A stretch of DNA of 64,000 nt from an uncultured virus (IMG/VR IMGVR_UViG_3300028593_000715). Lineage: Duplodnaviria > Heunggongvirae > Uroviricota > Caudoviricetes. Each line of letters starts with the position of its first letter. Within the stretch, counting starts at the first letter, position 1. The DNA is taken from the IMG/VR virus record IMGVR_UViG_3300028593_000715; one strand, given 5' to 3'. Below the pieces are notes generated by a model, which saw only the letters and a list, made by a program, of their open reading frames with translations, was not told where the DNA came from and ran no database searches. This document shows positions 36,997 to 46,258 of the stretch, one piece after another. A program made the translations under genes and the position numbers.

Positions 36997-38256
36997 TCAG
37001 CCTTCCTTCGTCTCGACCTCTTTGACCAGATCGGAATAAGGAATCTGCTGTCCGTTACGAATCACATACACGCCTTCGGCATTCCCGGTGTCTTCAACAT
37101 AGCGGCGGAGAATGACGGAGGCGTATTTTTCATCAAGCTCCATCATGCAGCAGATGCGGTTCATCTGCTCACACGCCATGAGCGTCGAGCCGCTGCCGCC
37201 GAAGGTGTCGATGACCACGCCGTTCTCCTGCGTGGAGTTGCCGATTGGATAACCGAGCAGGTCGAGGGGCTTGGAGGTCGGATGGTTGGCGTTCCGCTTC
37301 GGCTTATCGAAATTCCAGATGGTCGTCTGCTTGCGGTCGGAATACCACTTGTGCTTGCCGTTCTGCATGAAGCCATACAGCACCGGCTCGTGCTGCCACT
37401 GATAGTCTGAGCGTCCCAGCACCAGACTGTCCTTCACCCAGATGCAGCAGCCTGCAAGGTGGAAACCCGCATCGATGAACGCACGGCGGAAGTTCAGACC
37501 TTCGGTATCTGCGTGGAACACATAAGCCGCACCGCCCTTTTCGAGGTGGTCTGCCATACACTTGAAAGCGGAGAGCAGGAAGTTGTAGAACTCCTCGTTC
37601 TTCATGCTGTCGTTCTGGATGGTCAGACCGCTGGCGCTCTTGAAAGACACACCGTAGGGCGGATCGGTCAGGATCAGATTTGCCTTGACATCGCCCATGA
37701 GTGTATTTACATCTTCTGGGCTGGTCGCATCACCGCACATGAGGCGATGCCTGCCGACCGTCCACACATCACCACGCTCCACGAAGGAAGCCTTCTCAAG
37801 CGCCGCCGTCAGGTCGAAATCATCGTCCTTCGCATCGGAGTCCGTGCCGTCGGAGAACAGGTCAGCCAGCTCCTTTTCGTCGAAGCCGGTCATGGAGAGG
37901 TCGTAGCCGAGGTCTTGCAGCTCCTGCATCTCCACGGCGAGCAGTTCCTCGTCCCAGCCTGCGTCCATTGCCATGCGGTTATCGGCAAGGATGTAGGCTT
38001 TCTTCTGTGCCTCGGTCAGGTGATCAACATAGACACACGGCACTTCCGTGATGCCTTCCTCCTTCGCCGCCATCAGGCGACCGTGACCTGCGATGACATT
38101 GTACTCCCGGTCGATGATGACCGGATTGACGAAGCCGAACTCACGCAGCGAGGAACGGAGCTTCTTGATCTGCTCCGGCGAATGGGTGCGGGCGTTATTC
38201 ACATAGGGGATGAGCTTGTCGGTGGCGACAAGCTGAAAATCTGTTGTTGTTTTCAT
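36997..38256 (-). CDS. ParB-domain DNA adenine/N4-cytosine methyltransferase
   Basis: ParB-like N-terminus (IAGHGRL); TDPPY, HPTSKP and DTFGGSGST motifs. Confidence 0.92.
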   Translation of the reverse strand: MKTTTDFQLVATDKLIPYVNNARTHSPEQIKKLRSSLREFGFVNPVIIDREYNVIAGHGRLMAAKEEGITEVPCVYVDHLTEAQKKAYILADNRMAMDAGWDEELLAVEMQELQDLGYDLSMTGFDEKELADLFSDGTDSDAKDDDFDLTAALEKASFVERGDVWTVGRHRLMCGDATSPEDVNTLMGDVKANLILTDPPYGVSFKSASGLTIQNDSMKNEEFYNFLLSAFKCMADHLEKGGAAYVFHADTEGLNFRRAFIDAGFHLAGCCIWVKDSLVLGRSDYQWQHEPVLYGFMQNGKHKWYSDRKQTTIWNFDKPKRNANHPTSKPLDLLGYPIGNSTQENGVVIDTFGGSGSTLMACEQMNRICCMMELDEKYASVILRRYVEDTGNAEGVYVIRNGQQIPYSDLVKEVETKEG

Positions 38257-38417
38257 CGGGTGTTCCTCCTCATCAGAACCTTCTGGAGTCCCTTGCGGGC
38301 ATCATTGACCTGCCCCTTGACCGCCTGTCCCTTGATGGTGCGGTACTGCTGCTTCGTCATATACGGGCGGCTTGCTTTCAGGTCAAGCCAGAAGATTGCA
38401 TCTGCATTTGCTTTCAT
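38253..38417 (-). CDS. Small basic hypothetical protein
   Basis: Manual 54-aa ORF (TKQQYRTIKGQ) with RBS; coupled to the MTase start. Confidence 0.6.
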   Translation of the reverse strand: MKANADAIFWLDLKASRPYMTKQQYRTIKGQAVKGQVNDARKGLQKVLMRRNTR

Positions 38418-38424
38418 ACCTTCC

Positions 38425-38985
38425 TCACTTTCTGCTGCGGAGAAGCTGCTCCATCAGGTCGTCCTGCGGAGAGCCGTCGAACTTGGTCGTGCAGTTCTGC
38501 TTCACGATGTCGAAAATCTCATACCAGAGGACGTTCGCCTGTTTCTGGTAGGACTGACTGAGGGATGCGAACGGCGATGCCACCACGCCTCCGGTCGTCG
38601 GGTGCTTACCGAGCAGACCATAGGTCGAGAGGGCTTCCTCACACTGGATAAAACGAGCGAACGCCAGCGAGTAGCTTTCGAGCAGACGCTTGTTCACCAG
38701 CTTTTCGCAGCCGCGATTCTTCAGCCATATCCATGTTTCCTTATAAATTTCATCAGCGCCGAGGGGCTTACCGTCCTTCTGCCGTGCCGAGAGGTATTCA
38801 CTCGGCGAGGGCATATCCTCACCGACAAGGTCTGCGGCATCATCAAGGTCAGCACCTTCCAGCGCGGTCGGGGTGAATTCGATGATGTCGGCATCCTCTC
38901 CTGCGGCAATTTTCTCGGCGAGGGGCTTCGGCTTGTCGCCTGCGCGGACTCTGCGTCCGCCACGGTTTGTACCGTCCTTTGCCAT
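38425..38985 (-). CDS. terS: Terminase small subunit (P27 family)
   Basis: RGGRR.RAG.KPKP N-terminus; follows HNH. Confidence 0.85.
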   Translation of the reverse strand: MAKDGTNRGGRRVRAGDKPKPLAEKIAAGEDADIIEFTPTALEGADLDDAADLVGEDMPSPSEYLSARQKDGKPLGADEIYKETWIWLKNRGCEKLVNKRLLESYSLAFARFIQCEEALSTYGLLGKHPTTGGVVASPFASLSQSYQKQANVLWYEIFDIVKQNCTTKFDGSPQDDLMEQLLRSRK

Positions 38986-39039
38986 ATCATCACCTGCCTA
39001 TAAAAAATGCCGGAATCACGCGGATTTCGGCTTGTAAAA

Positions 39040-39170
39040 TATTCGAGGGGTTAATAGGTCGTTTGAACCGGACTTTTTGCGCGTGAGAGGGGGCGCCGGT
39101 CTTTCTGTGACTTCACCGTAGAGAAGTGACTACCCCCACCGGGCAGCCCCCAGCCCTCCCCATTCTCCTA
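39040..39170. other. Probable cos/packaging region
   Basis: GC-rich intergenic stretch between the terminase-associated HNH and terS; positional inference only. Confidence 0.4.
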
Positions 39171-39201
39171 AAAAGCATATCATTTTAGGAGAAACTTGAA
39201 A

Positions 39202-39552
39202 TTAGTAGGAGTATTCTGGTCTACTGTCCTCGGTTCCGGTCTTCTTATCGTGACAGGGCTTGCATAACGCCTGCCAGTTCGTGTCGCTCCACATCAGGTA
39301 GTGATCGCTACGATGTGGTACAATATGATCCACTACGGTTGCTGTCACAAACTTACCCTGCGCCAGACACTTCACGCACAGCGGATGCTTCCGCAGGTAC
39401 GCTTTGCTGACACGCTGCCACTTGCTGCCGTAGCCACGCTTGGCGGCTGACGGTCGGTCAGGGTGCAGGGGCTTGTGTTCGTCGCAGTACGCACCCTCGG
39501 TCAGTCTCGGACAGCCGGGGTGCTTACACGGTTTCAGTGCCTTCCTCGGCAT
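39202..39552 (-). CDS. Terminase-associated HNH endonuclease (HK97 gp74-like)
   Basis: HPLCVKC, VDHIVPH and NWQALCKPCH motifs. Confidence 0.9.
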   Translation of the reverse strand: MPRKALKPCKHPGCPRLTEGAYCDEHKPLHPDRPSAAKRGYGSKWQRVSKAYLRKHPLCVKCLAQGKFVTATVVDHIVPHRSDHYLMWSDTNWQALCKPCHDKKTGTEDSRPEYSY

Positions 39553-39671
39553 CGCCGACACCTCCTTCGGGCATAAGAAAAGCCGCTGCGGATACCCACA
39601 ACGGCTCTTTGCATTCTTTTACTCTTCTATTATAACACATATTGGGTGGCTCTGCAAGTATTCAAAGGGGG

Positions 39672-40103
39672 TCATTGCGGCTCATCATGAAGCATTTTTT
39701 CAAGTTCGAGTAGTGCGTCTGCCTTTCTGCGCTTAACGGTCGCAGTACTCAAAAGCATTTGCTTTGCCGTTTCCTGTGTGGTAAGGCCATGTAGAAAAAT
39801 CAATTCCAGCACTTGACGTTCCTGCGGATCGGGCAGTGACATCAGCGTATGAGTAATCTCCAACTCGAGTGCCATGTGTTTTTCCCACTTCTGCTCCAAC
39901 TCAGTCTTCATTTCCTCAATTTCATCGAGGTACTTCACAAAACGTGCCTCAGTTTGACGATTGGGACTGTTATGTTCTTCAAAGCTGCAGCCGGATATGC
40001 GCATCGCCATATCATGCAACTCGTCTATCTTACGCCGACAGTATTCCACTTCCTGCCGTGCTGTTTTAATCTGTTCCAGATATTCTGTTACCGTCATGGT
40101 CAT
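39672..40103 (-). CDS. Late transcription activator (RinA/ArpU-like, sigma region 4 HTH)
   Basis: Coiled coil plus C-terminal HTH; position before HNH/terS. Confidence 0.7.
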   Translation of the reverse strand: MTMTVTEYLEQIKTARQEVEYCRRKIDELHDMAMRISGCSFEEHNSPNRQTEARFVKYLDEIEEMKTELEQKWEKHMALELEITHTLMSLPDPQERQVLELIFLHGLTTQETAKQMLLSTATVKRRKADALLELEKMLHDEPQ

Positions 40104-40725
40104 TGCCCTCCTTGTTACGCTTTCTTCTTCTCAATACGGCATTTATTGCCGACAATAAACGAGTCACATTTGTATTGATATTCTCTGTATCAATACGTAT
40201 CAACTCCCATTCCTCACCGAACTTCTCGCAAATAAGTTCATCGCGAATTGTCTCGTATTGTTTTTTCTCTTTTCCATGATATAATTTTCCATCAATTTCA
40301 AGTATCACTTTCATTTCGGGAAGAACAAAATCCACGACATAGTTATACACCTTGACCTGATGATGCGCTTTGACCTTTCTCCTGATAAGTTCCAAAGTTA
40401 CCATTACCTCTTCTGTACTTTGAAACCAACCGCTTTTTCCGATATTGTCCTGAACCCACTGAATTCCGTGTCTATATTTTGAGATATCTGTAATTTTCGA
40501 TATTCTTTTAATCGCACGATTCAAACAGTCCTGCTGTTTGTTGGATGTCTGATTATGACTATCAATAAGCATTTCTCGACACGCTGTGCAAGTATATTGA
40601 AGCCCAGATACATAATTCCAGCTTTCTACGGAAGCTCCACATATGTGACACGGCGGGTAGTAAATCGAGAAGCCATTTTTCTTGCTTATCCGGATATTAT
40701 CAGCAAGTGCCTCATAATAACTCAT
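40066..40725 (-). CDS. DUF559/Vsr-like endonuclease with zinc finger
   Basis: YVVDF...VILEIDGKLYH motif; lower GC. Confidence 0.75.
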   Translation of the reverse strand: MSYYEALADNIRISKKNGFSIYYPPCHICGASVESWNYVSGLQYTCTACREMLIDSHNQTSNKQQDCLNRAIKRISKITDISKYRHGIQWVQDNIGKSGWFQSTEEVMVTLELIRRKVKAHHQVKVYNYVVDFVLPEMKVILEIDGKLYHGKEKKQYETIRDELICEKFGEEWELIRIDTENINTNVTRLLSAINAVLRRRKRNKEGNDHDGNRISGTD

Positions 40726-40913
40726 GCAAATGCCTCCTTCATTGTTGTGATCAGCGTTTCGCCGTTCAGGTCATTAGCTAATAATTCAAACCACTGCGAC
40801 CGCAGAAAACGCTCTGCTTCATTGATGCCGTCTCTGTTTTTCGTCATGAGGCCGGCTTTGTAATCCTGCAGGGCTTTTTCTATTACAGCAGCGGCAAGCA
40901 GCTCATATCCCAT
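40722..40913 (-). CDS. Small conserved phage protein
   Basis: LAAAVI.KA.QDY and ERFLRSQWF motifs. Confidence 0.7.
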   Translation of the reverse strand: MGYELLAAAVIEKALQDYKAGLMTKNRDGINEAERFLRSQWFELLANDLNGETLITTMKEAFA

Positions 40914-42271
40914 AGCATCCCTCCAGTTCCGCTTTGACGGCATCCATCAGGGCGGTCTGTGTTTTGTCCTTATCCTGCAACGCTCGCAGGATGCGTTCAT
41001 CAACAGTGCCTTTCGTGATAATATGCTGTATCACCACGGTTGACGATTGCTGTCCCTGCCTCCACAGTCGGGCGTTTGTCTGCTGGTACAGTTCCAGACT
41101 CCACGTCAGCCCGAACCACACAAGAGTGCTGCCGCCGCTTTGCAGATTCAGCCCATGTCCGGCGGAGGCAGGATGTATCAGGGCGACGGACAGCTCACCA
41201 TTATTCCAGCGGCGGATGCTGTCGGGCTTATCCAGAGTGCTGAACGGGATATGCAACTGATGCAGCCGTTCCTTGATGCGGTCGAGGTCATGCCGGAACC
41301 AGTATGCGATCAGCAGCGGTCTGCCGTTCATGCTTTCGATAATATCTTCAAGGGTATCCAGCTTCCGATTGTGTATCGGAATAACCTCGGCGGAGTCATT
41401 GTAGATTGCGCCGTTCGCCATCTGCGACAGCTTGTTACTGAGGCTTGCGGCGTTCGCGGCAGTGACCTCACCATTCGGCAATGACAATACCAGTTCTTCC
41501 CGCAGGTCGTCATATTTCTCACGCTCCGCATCGGACAGCTTCACTGTGTATTCGCTCATAACCAGTTTCGGCATTTTCAGGTGATCGGTCGCTCTCATGG
41601 AAACGGTAATGTCGGATATCTTTTCATAGATTGCATCCTCTGCACCGGGAAGCGGCTTATAGCTGTACACGATCATGCCGTTCCGCTTATCGGGCTTGAA
41701 GTAGGTGTTGCGGTACTGCCCGATAAAACGTCCAAGGCGGTGTCCCATATCCAGCAGACGGAACTCCGCATACAGATCCATGAGTCCGTTTCCGGTCGGC
41801 GTTCCCGTCAGTCCCACGATACGCTTTGCCTTCAATCTGACCTTCATGAGAGCCTTGAAGCGCTTTGTCTGGTGATTCTTGAAAGAACTCAGCTCGTCAA
41901 TGACAATCATATCATAATCAAACGGCATCTCATCTATCAGCCAGCCGACATTCTCGCGGTTGATGATATAGACATCAGCCTTCCGCGAGAGTGCCATTCT
42001 GCGCTCTTCCGCTGTGCCGACTGCGATGCTGTATGTCAGTCCCTGCAGATGCTCCCACTTCTCGATCTCTGCCGCCCATGTATCACGGGCTACCCGCAAA
42101 GGTGCGATGATCAGAACCTTGTGTATCTCAAAGCTGTCGAACAGCAGGTCGTTTATCGCCGTAAGCGTTGTGACGGTCTTGTCAACCCAAGCCCATATCA
42201 AGCAGGAGTGCTGCAATCGGGTGTTCCTTGATAAAATCAACTGCGTATTCCTGATAATCATGAAGCTTCAT
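40903..42271 (-). CDS. SNF2-family helicase with extra TGAC (42181-42184) in Walker A; disrupted or recoded
   Basis: Frame 0 reads ...LDMGLG-stop; the +1 frame continues KTVTT; DELS, LTGTP, GHGLNLQ and RLWRQGQ motifs intact. Confidence 0.85.
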
Positions 42272-42560
42272 TCGGCATCACCTCCTCGATAATTCTTTGT
42301 ATGCCCGCCATACTGTCAAGTACATACACCTTGAAGCCTAACTGCCGCAGAAGTCTGTGCCGGGAAAGCTGCAAGGCTCTGGGCTTTTCACCGGGGGCTT
42401 TCACTTCAACAAATGCCATCCTGCCATGCGGCATCAGAACCAGTCGGTCAGGTACTCCGCTGAATCCCGGCGATACGAATTTCAATGCGATGCCGCCGGA
42501 GTCCCTGACTGCCTTTCGGAATGCCTGCTCGATATACTTCTCATCCATTTTTCTCTCCAT
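42258..42560 (-). CDS. VRR-NUC domain nuclease
   Basis: GVPDRLV..FVEVKAPG motif. Confidence 0.9.
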   Translation of the reverse strand: MERKMDEKYIEQAFRKAVRDSGGIALKFVSPGFSGVPDRLVLMPHGRMAFVEVKAPGEKPRALQLSRHRLLRQLGFKVYVLDSMAGIQRIIEEVMPNEAS

Positions 42561-42588
42561 TCTGAAACAGCGGTACAGAAAATCCCTA

Positions 42589-42774
42589 TACGCGCGTATT
42601 ACGTGCGCTTTCGTGCGCGGTTTCTTACTATATATTCTTTTATTTGTACTATAAAGATATAGTTGTATAAGTTGTTTCCATAAGGATTGTTTTTCCTTGT
42701 ATCACGGGAATTTTGAATGAAACAAGTGGAGTGAGACAAGCCCGACTGCCACTTGTTTCATACGGTTGTCTCAG
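42589..42774. other. Putative replication origin
   Basis: AT-rich tract with inverted GARACAA repeats directly downstream of the VapE gene. Confidence 0.5.
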
Positions 42775-45104
42775 CCCTTACGGGTATAGATGCGCTGCAG
42801 TCCGTAAATGGGAAGCCTTTTCTTCGTACCGTCCTTTTCCCATCCGCTGATGCGTGTCATGATAGCGGTGATCGCATAGCTGTCCGCAGGCTTGATGTCC
42901 TCCTTCAGCTTGCCGAAGCACTCACACCAGATCTCAATATTCGATACTGTCTCGCGGCGCACTGAGCCTATCGGCTGTGTCGGTTCATCGGGGTTCTGCA
43001 GGAAACTGCGGCGTTTGTAGATATCCATCGTATCCCAGTCGGTCGGCAGCAGTGTATCCAGATATCGGATGACAAGTCCTTCACGGTCATCCTGCTCCAT
43101 TGCCGCAGACTGCTCCGTCCTCGCATAGCTTTCAAGTTCCGCAGGCAGGAACAGCGGTTCACCCTCTTTCACATACACCAATGCCTCCGCCCACATCATG
43201 TCAATATCGAATTCTGTCAGATCCCACGGCTTGTACTGATCGCCGCCGGGAACTCTGACCGTCCAGAAGCGGCGGTTTCCGGTCACATCACGCAGAAAGC
43301 CGTTCTCGGAATTGGTCGTGCCAAAGAACACGCACTGTCTCGGATGCGGCGTGACACGTCTGCCGAAGGAAGCACGGTACTTATCGTCCTGACGGGAAAT
43401 GAACGCCTTGACCTTGTCGATATCCGCCTTCTTCATTCCGGCAAGTTCACCGATCTCCAGAATCCAGTATCCCTGCAGCTTTTCCGCAGCAGTCTTGTCG
43501 TTCATGTCGGAAAGGTTCAGGCTGTCGGAATACCATTCGCCGCCGAGTTTCCCGATAAAGGTCGATTTGCCGATGCCCTGCGGTCCATTCAGCACAAGGA
43601 TATGGTCGAACTTGATGCCGGGGTGATATACGCGCTGCACAGCGGCACACATGATCTTGCGGGATACCGCCCGGATATATGCATTGTCATCAGCACCGAG
43701 ATAGTCGATCAGCATAGTGTCGATACGCTCGATCCCGTCCCACTCCGGCAGACGGGAGAAATACTCCCTGATTGGATGATAGGAACGATCGTCAGCAGCC
43801 TTCTGGACGGCGATATCATAATTACGAGCCGAAAACGTACCGTAGCTGGCATCGACATAGCAGATAAGCTGTGCGTCATCGGCATCACGCCAGAAACGGG
43901 CAGGATGCTTCCACGGCACTTCGCCGCTGATCTCCATGCCATCCGCCAACTGATTGAACACGATGCTCCGCAGATATTGGTCATTTTCCATGATCAGGCG
44001 GATGTTGTGAAGGCAGTTCTCCAGAACGCCGTCCTTATTGCGGCGCAGGCGTTTCTTCCAGTCATCATCGACAGGGACTGAGAAGTCGCTTGCCGCTTCA
44101 GACAGTCTTTCTTCTGCTGCAAGCAGCTTCACAGCATCAAGACTCATGGCAAACTTGCACATCTCACGGTAGGATGCCTTATCGTCCAGACCGCCGAATT
44201 TGTGTATGCGCACGATATCAAAAGCGTTGCAGAGTTTCAGGTATGCCGGGTCTTTCGCATGGTGCGAATACACGAACATATCCTCCTTGATCTCGACACC
44301 CGCCATACTGTGCGCAGTGATCAAATGCCAGCGGTTATCATTATCGGTCGGCTCATATACATCGGACAGGAACTCCGACAGGGCTTTGCTGATTGGGAAA
44401 AAAGCTCTGTTGAACAGACCAACAGCGCCTTCCTTTTCCAGAGGGTTCTGCACCTTCTGCTGCGTGACCTGATTCGCCTTGCTCTCACGGGAAGAGGTCG
44501 GAAGCTGTGTCGGATCAGTCCATTCCGGGTGCGCCGACAGAATATCATCGGGATCAAGCCACTCCTTGTCCACTTCCTTGAACTCAAAAGCCCCGTTCTG
44601 CGGACAGGATGGCCAGTACATGAGCTGATTCGGCTGATAGGAACACTCGTCAAAATAGTCGATGCCAAGCATCTCAGCGACATATCGGGCGACCGCCACG
44701 AACTCCTCAGGTGTCACATCCCGTGTCATCGGAACAACGATACGGGCTCTTGGGTTCTCCGACGTACTGGAGTGCGTGGTGTAAAGGCAGGAGGTATACG
44801 GCATCGTTGTCTCAAAGCTGTCTATGTATTCCCGTGTCAGGCGGTCGCCGTCAAAGGAAAGGATAGAACGCTTTTCGACCGTATCGATCTTGCGTCTGCC
44901 GCCCTTCAGCACACCGCCGACAAAGCCGCCGTGATCTTTTGCTGCATCTCGCTGTGTCTTTGACATCTTCGCATATTCCTCGGCGGTCTCCGTGGTTCTC
45001 TGCGGAACGCGCAGGCGTTCCTTGAGTTCATCATAGCTAATGGCCTTGTTCACCCATGTTTTTGCCTGACGGCTGTTGCCGTAGGCGATAGCAAGTGGTC
45101 TCAT
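42771..45104 (-). CDS. Primase-like plus VapE (virulence-associated E) helicase
   Basis: GPQGIGKST, ILEIGEL and DVTGNRRFW motifs. Confidence 0.9.
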   Translation of the reverse strand: MRPLAIAYGNSRQAKTWVNKAISYDELKERLRVPQRTTETAEEYAKMSKTQRDAAKDHGGFVGGVLKGGRRKIDTVEKRSILSFDGDRLTREYIDSFETTMPYTSCLYTTHSSTSENPRARIVVPMTRDVTPEEFVAVARYVAEMLGIDYFDECSYQPNQLMYWPSCPQNGAFEFKEVDKEWLDPDDILSAHPEWTDPTQLPTSSRESKANQVTQQKVQNPLEKEGAVGLFNRAFFPISKALSEFLSDVYEPTDNDNRWHLITAHSMAGVEIKEDMFVYSHHAKDPAYLKLCNAFDIVRIHKFGGLDDKASYREMCKFAMSLDAVKLLAAEERLSEAASDFSVPVDDDWKKRLRRNKDGVLENCLHNIRLIMENDQYLRSIVFNQLADGMEISGEVPWKHPARFWRDADDAQLICYVDASYGTFSARNYDIAVQKAADDRSYHPIREYFSRLPEWDGIERIDTMLIDYLGADDNAYIRAVSRKIMCAAVQRVYHPGIKFDHILVLNGPQGIGKSTFIGKLGGEWYSDSLNLSDMNDKTAAEKLQGYWILEIGELAGMKKADIDKVKAFISRQDDKYRASFGRRVTPHPRQCVFFGTTNSENGFLRDVTGNRRFWTVRVPGGDQYKPWDLTEFDIDMMWAEALVYVKEGEPLFLPAELESYARTEQSAAMEQDDREGLVIRYLDTLLPTDWDTMDIYKRRSFLQNPDEPTQPIGSVRRETVSNIEIWCECFGKLKEDIKPADSYAITAIMTRISGWEKDGTKKRLPIYGLQRIYTRKG

Positions 45105-45529
45105 GTGCATTCCTCCAAATCAGTTGTAAAGTAGCGTATCGGGATATGCTTCCGCTTTGCACGGTCGATCTCCGCCTTCATGCCGGGACTGATATAACTG
45201 CCGAAAACCCACAGCTCCGCACATTTACACAGCAGTATGATATTCATGAATAGGGCGATATCCCGTTCTTCCGGTATATCATCATTCATGAACTGCGTGA
45301 AATATATGTGCGGTGTTATGGGCAGGCAGTGATTATCTACAGCAAAACGGCTGTATTTTCGTGCGTTCTCAGTGTTTTTCTCCGTATCTCCGGCATAGGG
45401 AGAGCAGATGTAGACGATAGGTCGGAAGGCGGCAGCTTTCGCCGCAGCCTTCTCTTCCTTCTCGATACGGTTAAACGCTTCATATTCTGTAGGACTGGGG
45501 TAGCCTTCGCCGTTATATTTGTCTGCCAT
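45101..45529 (-). CDS. DUF4406-like protein
   Basis: VYICSPYAGD and LWVFG..IS.GM.AEI motifs. Confidence 0.75.
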   Translation of the reverse strand: MADKYNGEGYPSPTEYEAFNRIEKEEKAAAKAAAFRPIVYICSPYAGDTEKNTENARKYSRFAVDNHCLPITPHIYFTQFMNDDIPEERDIALFMNIILLCKCAELWVFGSYISPGMKAEIDRAKRKHIPIRYFTTDLEECT

Positions 45530-46177
45530 TCAGCCCTCCTTGATCTTTGCAGCGTACCACTCAAGGTAACGCTTTCTCTCGTGGAAGTCCGGCACAGACA
45601 CCAACAGACCAATATCGACCTTCTGCAGCGTTTCGAGCAGGTCGATCTGCTCCTGCGTCAGATACGGACGGATGCTGGTCTTCTTCTCGATGCCGTGCAG
45701 CACCCTGAACTGCTTTGCGGTCATGCCGAGGACAATACGGTTGAGCATATCGCACTCATTGCTGAAATGATACGGCTTCGGATCATCCTTGAGCAGACGG
45801 ATGTTTTCGGTCAGCAGCGGAAACTCCTGTCTCGCCGACACCAGTGTTCTGATGAATGCCTCCATATCATTGAAGCGGCGGATATACAGTTCCTTGAACT
45901 GCGCAGCCTTCTTGCCGCGATAGCCCATAGCCAGAAAGACGAAGCCGTCACGAGTCATCACATAGCACGGCTGCTTGTGTCCCTGTTCGTTGATGTATGT
46001 CGACGGCTCAAAGTTGAGCAGTCGGAAATTCTCCGAACAATCGAGTTCTCTGATGTCGCGGATCACATTTTTATGTTCCTTTTCAAAGAACTGTGCCACG
46101 AAACGGCTGTCGACTCTGACGGTGTCCTGCTTGTCAACAAACACGCCAAAGTCATCCATAGGAATCAAAGTCTGCAT
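45530..46177 (-). CDS. Rha family regulatory protein
   Basis: DSRFVA..FEKEHKNVIRDI and MTRDGF..LAMG motifs. Confidence 0.9.
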   Translation of the reverse strand: MQTLIPMDDFGVFVDKQDTVRVDSRFVAQFFEKEHKNVIRDIRELDCSENFRLLNFEPSTYINEQGHKQPCYVMTRDGFVFLAMGYRGKKAAQFKELYIRRFNDMEAFIRTLVSARQEFPLLTENIRLLKDDPKPYHFSNECDMLNRIVLGMTAKQFRVLHGIEKKTSIRPYLTQEQIDLLETLQKVDIGLLVSVPDFHERKRYLEWYAAKIKEG

Positions 46178-46221
46178 AATGCATTCTCCCTTCATATTGT
46201 TTTGAGGTATCCCTCTAATTT

Positions 46222-46253
46222 TCATTGGAAACCAGACAGCCGTTTTGACGAAG
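46222..46253 (-). promoter_or_regulatory. Putative phage-sigma promoter, copy 2
   Basis: CTTCGTCAAA-N12-TTTCCAATGA. Confidence 0.6.
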
Positions 46254-46258
46254 GTTCT

